Source of the DNA: Lama glama
Lineage: Eukaryota
Direction: 5' to 3'
Length of the DNA: 64,000 nucleotides
NCBI GenBank assembly: GCA_028534125.1
Contig: CM052825.1
Span: 6,820,001-6,884,000, forward strand
Notes under the pieces: generated by a model
Databases searched by the model: none
Told to the model about the DNA's origin: nothing
What the model saw: only the letters and a program-made list of their open reading frames with translations
Part shown: piece after piece, positions 1-12,756 of the stretch
Layout: each line of letters begins with the position of its first letter
How positions within the stretch are numbered: position 1 is the stretch's first letter
Made by a program: the position numbers and the translations under genes

Positions 1-199
1 TTAGAAGCCTGCTGCATGAACAGGTGCGGCCAACCCTGCGATGATGTGGACAGCAGGGCCCAGGCCTTAACTCCATAACCCCTTACCCCATGCTTCCTGG
101 ACGCTGGGGTGGTCATCCCTCCTGTCACCACCTCCACCCCTCTCACTCGCTCCCCGCCACTCCAAACAAGTCAGAGGAAACACCCCAGGGGTCAACCTA

Positions 200-484
<285 letters not shown>

Positions 485-1836
485 CTAGTGCCCCTGCGGC
501 TCTGGCCCCTTGTGGCTGACCAGGCATTCTAACCGAGGAGTCTACCTGGTAGGTGGGAGCCTGTAAGCAAATGCAACTACTCTTGATGTTCAGTTGTTTG
601 CCCCCCATTCCATCCTCAAGTAAAAGACACTGAAGAATACCATGTGGGGACTCCCGCCTACACATTCCTGCATCCATGAGACCAATGACCCTCTCTAGTA
701 CAGGGTTTCCAGCAAACTCTTCCCTCAGGGGACATCAGGGACCCTGCAACGCCCCCAAAGAGATCTCCTTGGGCAATAAAAATCCAGCCAGTGTTCAGTA
801 AACCAGAACACAAACCCCATTCCCAGCCCCAAAAGAGCATCTGGCACAGCAGTAAAGGCAGCAGGGGGAGGAGGCCCCGGGCTCTGAGCAGTTAATGAAA
901 TGGAAATGGAAGTCCTCTGGGTGATGCAGGCGGACAGCTGCCGTCTGCACACAGGGGTCCTGGTCTGGGAGGCCATGGTGAAGTGAAGCCTGCGTTGTGA
1001 GTTGTGCCCTGGGCACCTGTGGGTTTTCTCCAGAGCAGCTCTGTCAAGTGTGAACACTGAGAGGGAGAGCCCTGGCACAGGTGGGGACACTGGGCTCACA
1101 CAGTGTTGGGGCAGCAGGGGCCCAGGAGAGCCTAGGTGCACCACTGGCTGGGCTCTGGGCAGAGTCATCCAGGTATCAGATGGGCAACCCCACCTCCTAC
1201 TCACAGCAGGAGACCGGGCAGGCTCCTGTCCACGGCCTCAAACACGCAAACCTGGGAAAGGTATGGCTTTGCTGATGGCACATCTCAGCAGCGGAATGAC
1301 AAGTCCTTGGGCCAGAGAGGTAATCAAATCACTGACCACCTGCCTGGCCAGGACTTCACTGGTGCAAAACAACATCCACTAACCAATGTCAGGTGCCCAT
1401 CAGGACACGGGGTGACCACAGAGCCCCTCTTCCATTTCCTTCCCTTATTGTATGAAGTTAACACTCTCTGGCACATCTCAGAATGCCAGGTGTCACTGAG
1501 ATCACTGCCACAAATGGGGGTGGGGTGAGTGGGAAGCAACCCTGACTGCTTATCCATGCTTGTGAGCAGAGCCCCGCACAGACCCCCTTTTCTGTGGCTT
1601 GCTGCACCTTCATTTTAGTCAGATAATGAGCCAACACAGAAGAGTGGCTATGAGAACAGATGTGGGTCAGTGTCATTTTGAAGAAGAGGTACTGGGATGT
1701 GTGAATTCTCACAGCCAGCACCCAGAAGGACTTCCTGGAGCTCAGAGACACTTAAGAGTATTTTCTGGAACTTGTACTTGGCCTCAAAAGAGCCACATTA
1801 AACACAACCTCCCAAAAGCCTTTGATGTGGAACTTA

Positions 1837-1983
<147 letters not shown>

Positions 1984-2154
1984 TTAAACCCTGCCCTTCA
2001 AGGCAGGCTCAGGTCCCACCTCCTCCTGGTAGCCTTTCCCCATCTCTTCATCCTGTAATAGACCTCTCTGACTCAGTAGCAGTGTGGCTACCCCAAACCC
2101 AGTCACATCTGGTTCTGTGGGCTCTCACCTTCTCTGGATTCCTTTTCCCTAAAG

Positions 2155-2363
2155 CAGAGCTTCTCAACCTTAGCACCACTGACAATTTTAGGCCAGATAA
2201 TCCTTTTTTGTAGGGGGCTGTCTGGTATATAGGGTATATTAACAACAGCCCTGGGCTCTACCCATTAGATGCCAGGAGCAACCCCTTTATGACAACCAAA
2301 AATGTTTGCAGGCATTACTTAAGTCTCCTGCGGGGCAAAATGGCCCCCAGTTAAGGACCACTG
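2155..2363. mobile_element. MER20-like hAT-Charlie DNA transposon relic
   Basis: Termini CAGAGCTTCTCAAC...GTTAAGGACCACTG; internal 'cccattagatgccaggagca' and 'gacaaccaaaaatgt' typical of MER20. Confidence 0.8.
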
Positions 2364-2799
2364 TACTCAAGGAAGACTGAAGTGGCTGGCAAGGGCTAGA
2401 CCACAGAGCTCTGCATACCAGGCAGTTAAGAGAAGGAAAAGCCAACGTTTCAGACGGTCTCCTTTGCGCTGAGCCCTGGACTAAGCACTTTACATAAATT
2501 ACCTCTTTAATCTCCCCTTACAGACAATCCTGTGATTTAATTTCCTCCGGATGAGGAAGTGGGCCTCAGGCAGGTTAAGTTACTTAGGCCAAAGACAGAG
2601 ACCTTAGGCGGGGGATCCAGGAGCCAAGCGAAGGTTGTCTGCGCACTAGAATACATTTCCCTTCACCTGTAGGCAATGAGGAGTCACTGCAGGTTTTACG
2701 ACGAATATAGATTCGCTATGAGTCTGAGAACCATCACTCTGGCTACAGCAAGGAGAATAAAAGTGGCAAGAGGGAAGACGAAAGAGGGGACCACCAGAT

Positions 2800-2985
2800 C
2801 TCAGAGGAAAAGGACTTTGGAGCCAGATATCCTGGGTTTGAATATAGACTGGCCACTTTTTGTGCGCTTGGGGGAGTTACTTAACCTCTCTGAGCCTCGC
2901 TTTCCTCATCGGCAAAACGGGAGACTCACCACAGCCTAGGACTGTCTTAAGTTTGGCAGACACAGGTACGAAGTGCTAGGCCGAG
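2800..2985 (+). mobile_element. MIR SINE fragment
   Basis: Core 'ttggagccaga...gagttacttaacctctctgagcctcgctttcctcatc'. Confidence 0.7.
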
Positions 2986-3029
2986 CCGACGCTCAAGCAA
3001 AGGCTGCTCTGTATTCTGTAATCACCCCC

Positions 3030-3480
3030 GCCCCTTCCCCGGCAAAGGACAGGCAGAGAAGCCCCAGAATCCTCGGGCGCTGATCGTCAAGGGCCCACGA
3101 CTCTCCCCTACCCAGGCCGGTTCCACTTACTTCTTCTCGCCCTCGAAGAGCAAGAACGACTCGAAGGCGGGAGGTGCGTTCATCCTAGCGCCGCAGCCGC
3201 CTCCAAAGCCACAGTTGCCGCCGCCACCGCCACCAAAACCCTACAAACCAACAACTTCCGGGTTAGCGGCTGCTTCCGGGTTCCGCCGGCGGTGCCAAAC
3301 CTGTGTGAGAACCGGCTTATTGCCCCCTATTGGATTGGAGGATCTTGCGCAGGCGCGAGAAAAGCTTGCGAGAGGCTGGAGGCTCCGCGCATGCGTGAAC
3401 CCGGAAGTTCCTTCCGTGTGCTCAACTGTGGGCGCTCTTTGGCGCGTGCTCAGAACGCTGCGGGCTCCGTTGGGTGTGAG
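3030..3480 (-). promoter_or_regulatory. POLR2J CpG-island housekeeping promoter
   Basis: CpG-dense; several ETS/GABPA CCGGAA(G) motifs (~3254, ~3272, 3401-3408), NRF1 GCGCATGCG 3387-3395, tandem CCAAT (ATTGGATTGG 3329-3338). Confidence 0.85.
3131..3183 (-). CDS. POLR2J: RNA polymerase II subunit RPB11, exon 1 (MNAPPAFESFLLFEGEK)
   Basis: ATG at 3183-3181; donor GTAAGT at 3130; lies in a CpG island. Confidence 0.97.
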
Positions 3481-3663
3481 ACATCCTCATCCAGGCTAAG
3501 GGGAAACCTTGAGATGTTCTAGACTATTGTGAATGGATAAGCGCCTTGCCAAGGTGGACTGCTACAAGACCCCTGGCTGGGTTGTCACTGGCTTGCCATG
3601 GGTTGTGGCCTAGTGAGCTTCTTGTCAGGGGAGCAACTGGGTGAAGGCTGGGGAGGAGGGAGG

Positions 3664-4124
3664 TGTATACAGGTAAGGACAAAAAAAGGTTGCCTGCCAC
3701 TTCAGTAAACAAACAATATTGTCAGCCATCAAGCCATCAGCCTCTGCAGCTGCCCGCTGATGGTGAGTCCTGAGGGAACTCAGGATGGAGTAAAACAGGA
3801 TACTGGCCCAGATAGTTAAGATGCATATTAGAAATAATTTCAATGAGTCCAAATTCTTGCATCTTCCCAAACACAGAAAAGCATTAAAATTGTTAAAGTG
3901 AGATGTCTGTCTTTGTGATTAGCAGTAATCTTTTGATGTTTGACTGTTTTTGTTTTGTTTTCAGCAAAAACTCATATATCCTGGTTCCTCCCTTACCTCT
4001 CTGGAACAATTCCTCAGAGAGATCTGAGAGGCTGTCTCCTGGGCTATAGTCTCAATAAGGTTCCCCAAATAAAACATAACTCCCAACAATTAGGTTGTGT
4101 GTGTTTTTTTTTCCCCCAGTTGAC
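3664..4124 (+). mobile_element. Solo LTR, ERV1-like (MER34-related), copy A
   Basis: Ends ...ttttcccccagTTGACA, internal AATAAA near 4068; shares long blocks with the copy at 4573-4878; 5' boundary approximate. Confidence 0.65.
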
Positions 4125-4572
4125 ATAGGTGTGGAACACAGGCATGAGACAGGCGCTCAGAGGGATAAACATATGAGTCTGTTTTGATTAGTTGATATTT
4201 TGCAGAGCACAGCTTAGTATAAAGGTCCTACCAGAGCACTTTAAAGTCACAGGGGCAAGGATCTCACATTAGGTACTGGAGCCCTAATGGCTTCCCAGCC
4301 GTTTCTTTTTTTCTTAAGGGATGGGTGGCAGCCAAGGAGCCTCCAAAGAAATCTGGAGCTTCCACCATCACTTCCTGGGAAGGGCTATTTTCTACTTGAG
4401 CCCTGGGAGGAAAAGTTGTCTTTCCTTGGAGGCCCACACCAACCTCGACTCCCCCAGGCCAAGCGGGTAGGGGCCTCTTTAACTGGGGAGGAATAGAAGG
4501 CAATAACAGTTATGATGCCCTGAAGCTGTAATTCGCACCTTCTGGGTCATCTGAAAGTTTGGGCCTAGGAAG

Positions 4573-4878
4573 TGTAGACAAAAAATGTCACCTGCCATAT
4601 CAAGTAAACAAAGGGTGTTGTGGCCATCAAGCCATCAGCCTCCACAGCCACCCCCAACAGTGCACCCTGAGGGGATTCAGGATGGAGAAAAAAATCTTGC
4701 TTTGTTTTGTAAAACTCCTACATATCCTGACCCCTCCCTTACCTCTTCAGAACTGTCACTCAGCATTGTCTAAGAGTCTGTTACCGGGGCATGGGCATAA
4801 GTCCTCAGGATGTCCTCTGAACAAAGCATCATTCTGAACTTTCACGTTGTGCTTTTTTTTTTTTTTTTCCAGTTGACT
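4573..4878 (+). mobile_element. Solo LTR, ERV1-like, copy B (internally deleted relative to copy A)
   Basis: Starts TGTAGAC, ends ttttccAGTTGAC(T); flanks gaag/gatg (degenerate 4-bp TSD); shares 'cagtaaacaaa', 'gccatcaagccatcagcctc' and 'ctgagggga.tcaggatggag' with copy A. Confidence 0.65.
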
Positions 4879-5354
4879 GATGCTACCCTTGCCAGGATTG
4901 CAGGGACCTGGAGGTGATGAGGCTGGCTGGTTTTAACTGGGCTAGGGACTGCACGGGGAGAGGATTTTTACCAGCAGGGGCTTCACTCCCTGCCCCTGTA
5001 TAAGTCTGTCCTCTCTAGGGAGTTCTGGTCATACTTGCCCTTTGATTCCCAGACCAACAGAAGATCCTGGGCTCCAGAAATTGTCAACACCGCTTTCCCC
5101 ACCCCCGCAAAGTTTTCAGTGGCTCAGTTTTGGTGTCTCCCAAGGGGAGGCCAAGAGACCATTCCCATCTTTTCATAAATCTAAGGGAGCTAGGCCAGCC
5201 TGGCACCACTGTGTAAGGGGCTGCTGGAAACAAGGGATGCCAACAACCATTATCCAACTTTGGAAACAAGGGGCAGTGGGACTGCGTGATATATCAATGC
5301 CAGACCAGAGCACAGCTGAACAGGACGGACCAAGGGTTATTTAAATATCTAGGG

Positions 5355-5541
5355 AGAGATGGTCAAAATGTGAGGGCTTTGGGACCAAATCAAGCCTGCC
5401 ACCTGTTTTTGTGCACAAAATTTCACAGAAGTACGCCATGCCCATTTGTTTCCTCACTTGTCTGTGGCTATTTTTGTGCTACAAGAGTAACTGAGACCCA
5501 AACCTGCAAACCCAGGCCTTTGCAGAAAAAGTCTGCCAACA
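5355..5541. mobile_element. MER58A-like hAT DNA transposon relic
   Basis: 'ccaaatcaagcctgccacctgtttttgt...tgtctgtggctatttttgtgctacaa...ctttgcagaaaaagtctgccaac'. Confidence 0.7.
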
Positions 5542-6296
5542 GCTAATTTTGGAGAAAGGACCTGTGTTTGACTTTGGTATTTATTATTCAGTTAGAGCCC
5601 AGACACTTATTAACTTGTTGATTTCTACCCCACAGAGAAGAAGACTGCATCAACCAGTTTTGCGTCTAGAATCACAATCTTATTCTAACATTACTCAGCT
5701 TCTCAAAATAGTCTACGAACCGGCTCTGCCAAACTGTTTCCTCCTTGAAGTGTAATAAATCTTGGATACATGTTTGTTCTGTTTATATGAGTAATTTTTA
5801 AAACGCATTTGAAAATTATACTTTGACAGGAATTTCTCGAGGAGATTGGTGGGAATTTGCACAGACTTCCTATGGGATCAGCCTGGAGGATGAAAGATGC
5901 ACATGCTTTGTGAGCTGGGTCCACTCAGGGCTCCCCAGGGTGCCTGTCCTGTGCTGAATGCAAGCCCCCTGGGCTGCAGGCCTGAAGGTCCAATCAGACC
6001 CTTAAGACATCTGGGGGACTTACCCCAGGCCCCAGGTGAGTAACAGGCCTGGTGATCCTGGGGCAGTGGTGGTGTAGAATCTCTGGGCAGGTGGAGGGGT
6101 GACCTCCAGTACCTGCCTGTGCTGAGGGCAGGCAGGAGTCTCCTCTGTCCATCTTCTTTTTGCAGATGACTTCCAAAGAGTGGCATCCTAAGCTGTAGGT
6201 AGCTCTGCTCAGAACCTGAGAGAACCTAGGGATGTGATATTGATGGGAGAGGCGGGGGCAGCGCCAGGCATTTATTCATTTTCACCCCCCTTCAGA

Positions 6297-6431
6297 GGGG
6301 TGGGGAGGGTAGCTCAGTGGTAGAGTGCGTGCTCAGTATGCATGAGGTTTTGTGTTCAATCCCCCGTACCTCCATTAAAATAAATACATAACCCTAATTA
6401 CCTCCCCCTCAAAATTAAAAAAAAAAAATAA
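6297..6431 (+). mobile_element. Camelid-specific tRNA(Ala)-derived SINE (vic-1 type)
   Basis: GGGGAGGGTAGCTCAGTGGTAGAGTG...GTTCAATCCCC..TACCTCCA head with Pol III A and B boxes, then 'aaataaat..cctaattacctcccc' and an A-rich tail. Confidence 0.85.
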
Positions 6432-7636
6432 AGAGCCATTGTCACTCCCCTTCTGGCTGCGATGGCCATGCCCACACCAGGATCCCCTGGAGGAGAGGGT
6501 GGTTAAAGTCCAGGGATCTACTTGCTGCAGCCCTGATAAGTGCACACCTCTTTCCCCTTCACTCCCTGCCTTAGGGCTCAGTACATCCTGGAGTCCATAA
6601 TTCTGACCATGAGGTCCTGGAAACCCAAGAAGATCTAACAGGCATGAGGATCTGTGTGAGGCCCTAAGAAAGTACCCAGAGAAGCAGTGTTGGTGATGGT
6701 GGGGGCAGGCTCAGACACCCCTGGACCTGAGCTCTGGGCCAGGAAGAAAGGGGAGATGCCTAGCTCTGCGAAGAGGCTCACGAGGCCCATAGGAAGGTAG
6801 TATCATGACCGAGAGGTGACGAACATCCAAGGGGCCAGGTGGGTGGGCTGCTTGTGGAGGGGTTACCACCCCTCCCATCGCTGTTGCCAGGAGGAAAGGT
6901 CGATATGGCCCCAAAAGTCATTGAGTAAATGGGAGGGGGCAGCCCCTTGTACCTTCATCCCCCTTTGCCTTTCTATGCCATCCCTCAAAAAACCCAGCAT
7001 GTGGCCTGCCCAGAGGGCACTGCCCCAGAGCCTGGCTAGTCAGCTGGGTCAGGGGTCCTGCCCATGACCTGAGCCCTTGGTGACTGTCACAGGTATGGGA
7101 TTCACAGGCGAGGCTCTGAGCTTGGCTGAGTTTTAAGAATGTGCTAGAATACCCTGTTCCTCCTGTCTTGTTAATTATGGTGAAGGTTGCTGCATACCTA
7201 GGGATGGACCGGGATGGGTGCAGGGAGGTGATGACCCGAGGAAGCCTTATTTCGGACAAGGGGGACATGGGGGACAAGGGGGTTGGTGTAAGGGACACTG
7301 CCAGGGCCAGGCCACATGGTTTGAGGTTCTTAACTGCCCCCACTGTGCAGTCTTCAGGACTCTTGGAGGAAGGGTCTGTTTGGGGGCTGCAAGGAGCCAG
7401 CTAATGAGACACATCAGGCTCTGAAGCCTGTGGGGGATGGACCAGTGGGACCCAGGGGTGTGGTGGGGACAGCATGTGGGGGAGGAATGGGGCCCCCGGG
7501 GTGGGGGTAGGCAGAGAATGGGCAATGGGGTTGCACAGAGGCTATGCCAGCGGCCCCAGTCCTTGGCTACCCACTACTCTTAGGCAGCCGACGGACCCCC
7601 ATCACGAGACCCCAGAGCCTCCGCGGTCATAGCAGG

Positions 7637-7642
7637 TTTATT
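7637..7642 (-). terminator. Likely RASA4 polyadenylation signal AATAAA
   Basis: TTTATT on + strand, ~520 nt downstream of the stop codon. Confidence 0.7.
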
Positions 7643-8162
7643 GTTGGCAACAGAGCACCGTGACACTCTCCCGGGGGCGTAGCCAAGGCCGCGAGGGCAG
7701 CAGGTGGGATGGTGGCCAGGAGCAAAGGTGCCGAGGTCAAGGCCTGCTCTCCTGGGCCCTCTGTTCCCTCCTGCCTCTCTGGGTCCAAGGAGCATCAGTC
7801 TGTCTGGGTGTGAACCACACTAAGGGGGGTTTCTGGCTAGGTCTGCCCTGGGCAGGAGAGGAGGGTCCCTGGGGAGTCTGGGTTGTTGACAGCAATGGCT
7901 GCGGGGATAGCGGGGAACAGCCGGGCCTCACGGAGGAGCTGGAGCTCCCTAAGTCCCCTAGAGATGGTAGATGGGCAGCAGCAGGCCGAGGCCACATCAG
8001 CTCCAGACTTCTGGGCCCGAGGCCCCTGGCTCTCCCAGCTCCCCCAGCCCAGGAGAGACCCAGGCCCTGCACCCCAACGAGAGGGACTGAGGTGAAAAGC
8101 TGAGAGTGCTCGGGGGTCTCCCAGCACCTGGCAAGGGCTTGGTGAGGGAATGTGGGGCAGCC

Positions 8163-8284
8163 TCACGTCTGCAGCTCCAGGAGGCGGCTGGGCTCCGCGC
8201 GCGGGGAGCCGGCCAGGCTGGCTCTGTGGGCCTCCCGGAGGTCCTGCAGCACCTGGAGCAGCTGGGCCAGTGGGTCCCCAAGGG
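8163..8284 (-). CDS. RASA4: RASA4 exon 21 (ALGDPLAQLLQVLQDLREAH...LLELQT*)
   Basis: End of ORF 8163..8360; TGA stop. Confidence 0.93.
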
Positions 8285-8397
8285 CTGGAGGCAGACGTAG
8301 GAAGAAGGCAGAGCAGACAGAGCCTGTCCCGAGGGCCCCTGGAAGGGGAGCCTCACCCATGGCATCCCTGAAGGGGCTGGGGGAGGGGGGGACCTAC

Positions 8398-8462
8398 CTT
8401 CTCCAGGGCCTGTTGGCACAGCGCCTGCCTTTGGGCCTGCACTCAGCTGTTGGTGCTTCTCC
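8398..8462 (-). CDS. RASA4: RASA4 exon 20 (EKHQQLSAGPKAGAVPTGPGE)
   Basis: 65 nt, phases fit both neighbours, donor GTAGGT. Confidence 0.88.
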
Positions 8463-9799
8463 CTGTTGGGGAGGATGAGGTGTGAGGGCTCCTGGTGTCC
8501 TTGCCCAGAAGGCTGGGTGACCCAGGGTGGGCCTCCTGAGCTGGGGGGGCTCCTGGGGGCAGGGGGCTGACTCTCTCAATCTATGGGAAGAAACATGGGC
8601 CCAGGTCTCAGCCCCTGGTCACCTGCTTCTCCTCTTCCAGCCTCCTCCTCTGGTCCCTGCCCCCTCCCCCGCATCCCCATACACGCACACAAAGCTAGGT
8701 CAACAGAAGGCACTCTGGAAACCAAGCTTGAACCGTGTCACTCCAGCTTCAAAGGGCCCTTGGAAAGAGAGTCACCTGGGGCCTGAAAATCCCTTAGTGT
8801 TAACTGGCTAAGGAATGAGTGTCGCTCTTGTGGGAATAGGAGAGAGACATTTCAAGCACAGTTTCTAACCGGGGTTCACCAAAGGTCCATGGGCCCCTCA
8901 GGTACAGTCCTCTGTCCACGGAGGGAGGGTGGGCAGCCATGCGGACCCCGCACTTGTAGTTCCTTATTTAGGAATTCTACTGGCTCAGCCCTTTGTCTCC
9001 CTGATCTATTTGGGGAGAGATGTGTCCCTCTGCTAAGGTCTAACAGGCTCCTCCTCCTCAGATGCTGTCAAGGCCCCGCGGGTTTGATCTGGTCCCTGAC
9101 CCCTCTGCTCATCTGCTTATTCAGCATTTACTGTAAAAGAATAAATCTGTGTTGTCTAAGACACCAAATGTATGGAACTTGTCACAGCAGCCACAGGAAA
9201 TACAGCAAGCGGCTGGGGACAGGAGGTTGGGTCGGTGGCTGGAGGTCTCAGTGGAGCAGACGGTCTGGTGGCGTGGGCTGGAATGCCAGGGGGCGCGGCC
9301 CAGAGGCTCTGGAGGTGGGCAGGCTCTCAGGGCAGGCCATGCTGGTTAGGACCACGGGCAATGGTCCCACCTGAACCTGAGGTGGCGTCGCTTGAATCTC
9401 GGCTCCGTCGCTTCCTGGCTTAAATGGGAGATGATGAGACCACTCACGTGGTTCAGTGGTTGTGGAAATTACATGAGTTTATACGGAAAGTGAAATTAAA
9501 ATGGAGCCTGGAAAATGAGAAGGGGGAGACGAGGAAGGGCAAGTTCTAGGGTGTGGCCAAGCAAGTAAAGGTCCTGATGGGTGAAGTCTCTGGAAGCGTG
9601 GGCCTCAGGAACGGAGCAGACAGGGTGGTGACTTTGTGCTCTGGAGGACAATCTCTAAACAGGGGGCCAGAGTAGGGATGGAGAGGGAGCCAGTGACAGG
9701 GCCACACCATCAGAAAGGAGGTGCCTACAGAGTGACCCTGGGGCCTCTGGTGACTGCCACTCACAGAGGAGTGGGTGGTCTTCATCTGATAAGCTGCTT

Positions 9800-9934
9800 T
9801 AAAGTATCCCCACGCTGAACCCCACCCCAGAGATTCTGAGTCAGTGGGGTAGGGCCCAGGCATCCTGTTTTTTAAAGTGTTTTTATAAAAGCGTCCTGTG
9901 TTTTCTAAGCTGGAGCCAGGGCTGAGAACCACTG
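9800..9934. mobile_element. MER5A-like hAT relic
   Basis: 'ccccaccccagagattctgagtcagtggg..gggcccaggcatc...gccagggctgagaaccactg'. Confidence 0.7.
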
Positions 9935-10299
9935 ACTTGAGGGAGCTGGCTGAGGGCAATCCTGGTGCTCCCAGGGCACCACAGGAAGGCTGAGCAGCTG
10001 AGGGGGCTGGGTCAGCCTGGGGCAGGAAGCGGCCACGGCTGGACCTTGGGCTTCCTCAGCCGGACCCTGGGCTTCCACAGCCCTCAGGACTTTCATCCTG
10101 ATGTGAACCAGCCTCATGCTGCAGAGATCCAGGTGTTCCCAGGTGTGGCTGCCAGAGGCAGAAAGGCGCGGGCCCTAAGTAGGAGGGAAGAGACTAGCCA
10201 CCGCAGAGGAGCCCTGAGCCCGAATCCCAGCTCTGGCTCTGCCAGGGTCACCCAGGTGCTCCTGTGTGAGACTCGTTGCCCGTGCACGGGCCTCCTCAC

Positions 10300-10420
10300 C
10301 GCAGTGTGGCCTCCACGCCCAGCAGGTGCCGGTAGATCAGCTGGGCCTCCAGGTCGTGGTCGAGAGGGTCATTCCACTCCTGCAGGGTCACCCGGGACCG
10401 GGTCTTGTCGCAGCCCAGAT
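10300..10420 (-). CDS. RASA4: RASA4 exon 19 (DLGCDKTRSRVTLQEWNDPLDHDLEAQLIYRHLLGVEATL)
   Basis: Translated by hand; 121 nt, AG/GTGAGG. Confidence 0.93.
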
Positions 10421-10852
10421 CTGGGGGCAGAGAGAGGGCAGAGCTGTGGGTAGGCACTGTGAGAGCTCACATCCAACTTCCTGGAACACAGCCTAGAGTC
10501 TGGCCCACGGCCTGCCCGTGGTACTCCCACTTCCGGGAGGGGCAGCCTCTCATCCCTCCAGATTAGCCCCACTTCACTAGTGGTGAGGGTTATTACCACA
10601 AGATTACAGCCAGAGGCTGCTGGTCAAGCCAACCAGCCAGGGACACCCTTCTCTCTAGGTGCCACCGCTCAACCTCAAGTCCAGGGCTGGGCTAGAGTAG
10701 GCGGGACAGCCTCCGAGGGCCTCTACTGTGCGGGCCCGGGGGGTCAAGGCCTGGCCTGGAGGCCTGGGAGCTCCAAGGGCTAGTCTCCTTGATGAGGGAG
10801 CAGGAATTTTGTAAAGCAGGTGGGGATAACGGAGGATCTTGAACATTCTAGA

Positions 10853-11045
10853 ACTGTGCTGTCTGAGAGAGGAGCCACTAGCCACACGAGGACATTTATA
10901 TTGAAATTAAAATAAATGTAAAGCTCAGTTTCTCAGCTGCACCAGCCACATCACAAGTGCTCAACAGCCACGTGTTCGTGGACAGCACATGCGCAGTCCT
11001 GGACAGACGCACGCCATCTCCATTATCGCCAGACGTTCTAGTAGA
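10853..11045. mobile_element. MER3-like hAT relic
   Basis: 'agccactagccaca...ctcagtttctcag.tgcaccagccacat..caagtgctcaacagccacgtg...ggacagcac'. Confidence 0.7.
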
Positions 11046-11533
11046 AGGTCCCCTCTGCCATCCCTCTAGTGCCCAAGACCCAGGGTCCCCCCAGCTCACA
11101 GCTGCAGTACCGGTCTGCCAGCGTGAGCATGTGCCAACTCGGGGCCTCTTCTGCGCTCCTGGGAAGGAGTGCCTAAAGCGTGTCCCTCAGAACACCGGTT
11201 GTACAAGAAGCTCATCCACTGGGCCGGAAAGGGGTTCCCCGTCAAAGGAGTTTGAGAAGTACTGAACTAAATCACATAGGATATTCTAACTCATTTTCAG
11301 GCTTCCTTGAGGGCCTCTGAGGCACCCACGTGCCCACACACAACAGGGCCACGGAACCCTTTCTGCCCAGAGCACCTGCGGGGCCCAGCCACGCTCAGGT
11401 TCGTTCCCTCAGGTGCACAGGTGGTTCCCAGGCCTGGCCAGCAAGGTGGGGCTCCAGGGACCCATGTCTGAGCCAGGGGCCTGCGGCCTGTTGAGGCAGA
11501 GGCAGTGCCATGGGGCCCAGGCCTCCATCCCAC

Positions 11534-11669
11534 CTGTCTTGTCCCTCTGGTGGCAGCAGCTCCACTTGTCCCCGCGGAAGACACCAGGGTGGTAGGAGCG
11601 CAGCAGGCTGGTGTTGTTGATGCTCACCTTCCACAGTGCAGACAGCCACTGATTCAGCTCGTTCACACA
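11534..11669 (-). CDS. RASA4: RASA4 exon 18 (CVNELNQWLSALWKVS...YHPGVFRGDKWSCCHQRDKT)
   Basis: PH C-terminal helix plus Btk Zn motif (YHP...WSCC); 136 nt. Confidence 0.95.
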
Positions 11670-12229
11670 CTGCAGGGTACATGGCGGGCAGGGCGCTGAT
11701 CGGAGGTCACCCCCTCCGGGAAGCCCTCCCTGCTAGTCCGCTTGGTAGCTTCAGGCGCAGTAGGAAAGGCTGCACTTTCTCCAGATGAATGCAGCCCACA
11801 CCTGGGCACATGACTTGCTGAGCAGAGCATGGGCTGGATTTTAGCAGCCACTGGCCCCCACACCTGCCACAACCTGTCAACTATATGTGGTGACTCTGCT
11901 GTCACCATTTCTTTCCTGTGGCTCTAGACTCTGACCCAACAAGGAGTCCCTAGAGGTGGCCCATGGGATGGGTCTGTGACCTCCTACCCCTCTGCCCAGG
12001 ACAGTCACCCCTGGGAACACAGCAAGCCCCCTCCAACGTCAGCCTTTCTACCTGCTCCATATATCATCCCCCAGATGCTCCCTCCCCATGTCCCTGCTCG
12101 AATGCCACCTACCAGAGACCCTCCCAGAGTACCCCTCCCTGCTGCACCCCACTCTGTCCCTTCTCTCTCAGTCCTCGCTGGCTCCCATTGGACATTTTAC
12201 ATATTTATTTATGGGTCCATCTTCTTCCC

Positions 12230-12330
12230 TGGGATGGAGGCTCCATGAGGACAAGGTCTCTTTGTCTGCTGCTGCCTGGAACCCACCAGGTGCTCAATAA
12301 ATACTTTTTAGATGAACGAATGAATGAGTG
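12230..12330 (+). mobile_element. L2 LINE 3' end
   Basis: 'ctccatgagg.ca.gg...aggtgctcaataaata....gatgaacgaatgaatga' L2 tail. Confidence 0.7.
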
Positions 12331-12756
12331 ACTGGGTTAATACATGAACAGATGGGAAGGGACATGAGAGCACGTGCCAGAGCCACACACTTGCATAAAT
12401 GCACGCTTGTTATATATGGATACACGCAGAAACACACAGGCACCAACTCAGACACTTGGAAATACAGTTTCCAACAACCATGTACAAACCACAGGGACAC
12501 ACCTGTCCAGACACTGGCTCCACCCAGGCCTATGTGTGCGTGCCTAGGCAGGGCCACCCACAGACCTGGGCACGGCCTCCCAGGCACCCAGACTCCAGGA
12601 GACACATACGCTGTGCTCACATCAGATCCCACACCCCTGCTGTCCTGGATGTGGCCAACAAGGGGGTGGGAGACTCGCTGAATCCTCAACCCAGCCTGCC
12701 CTGGTGCTTTCCCACAGCACCCCCGTTCCCAGGTGCCACTTCCACACGGCCCACAC

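Noticed and set aside
6300-6375. Apparent tRNA gene
   Set aside because: Degenerate stems followed by a SINE body and A tail; it is a SINE head, not a functional tRNA
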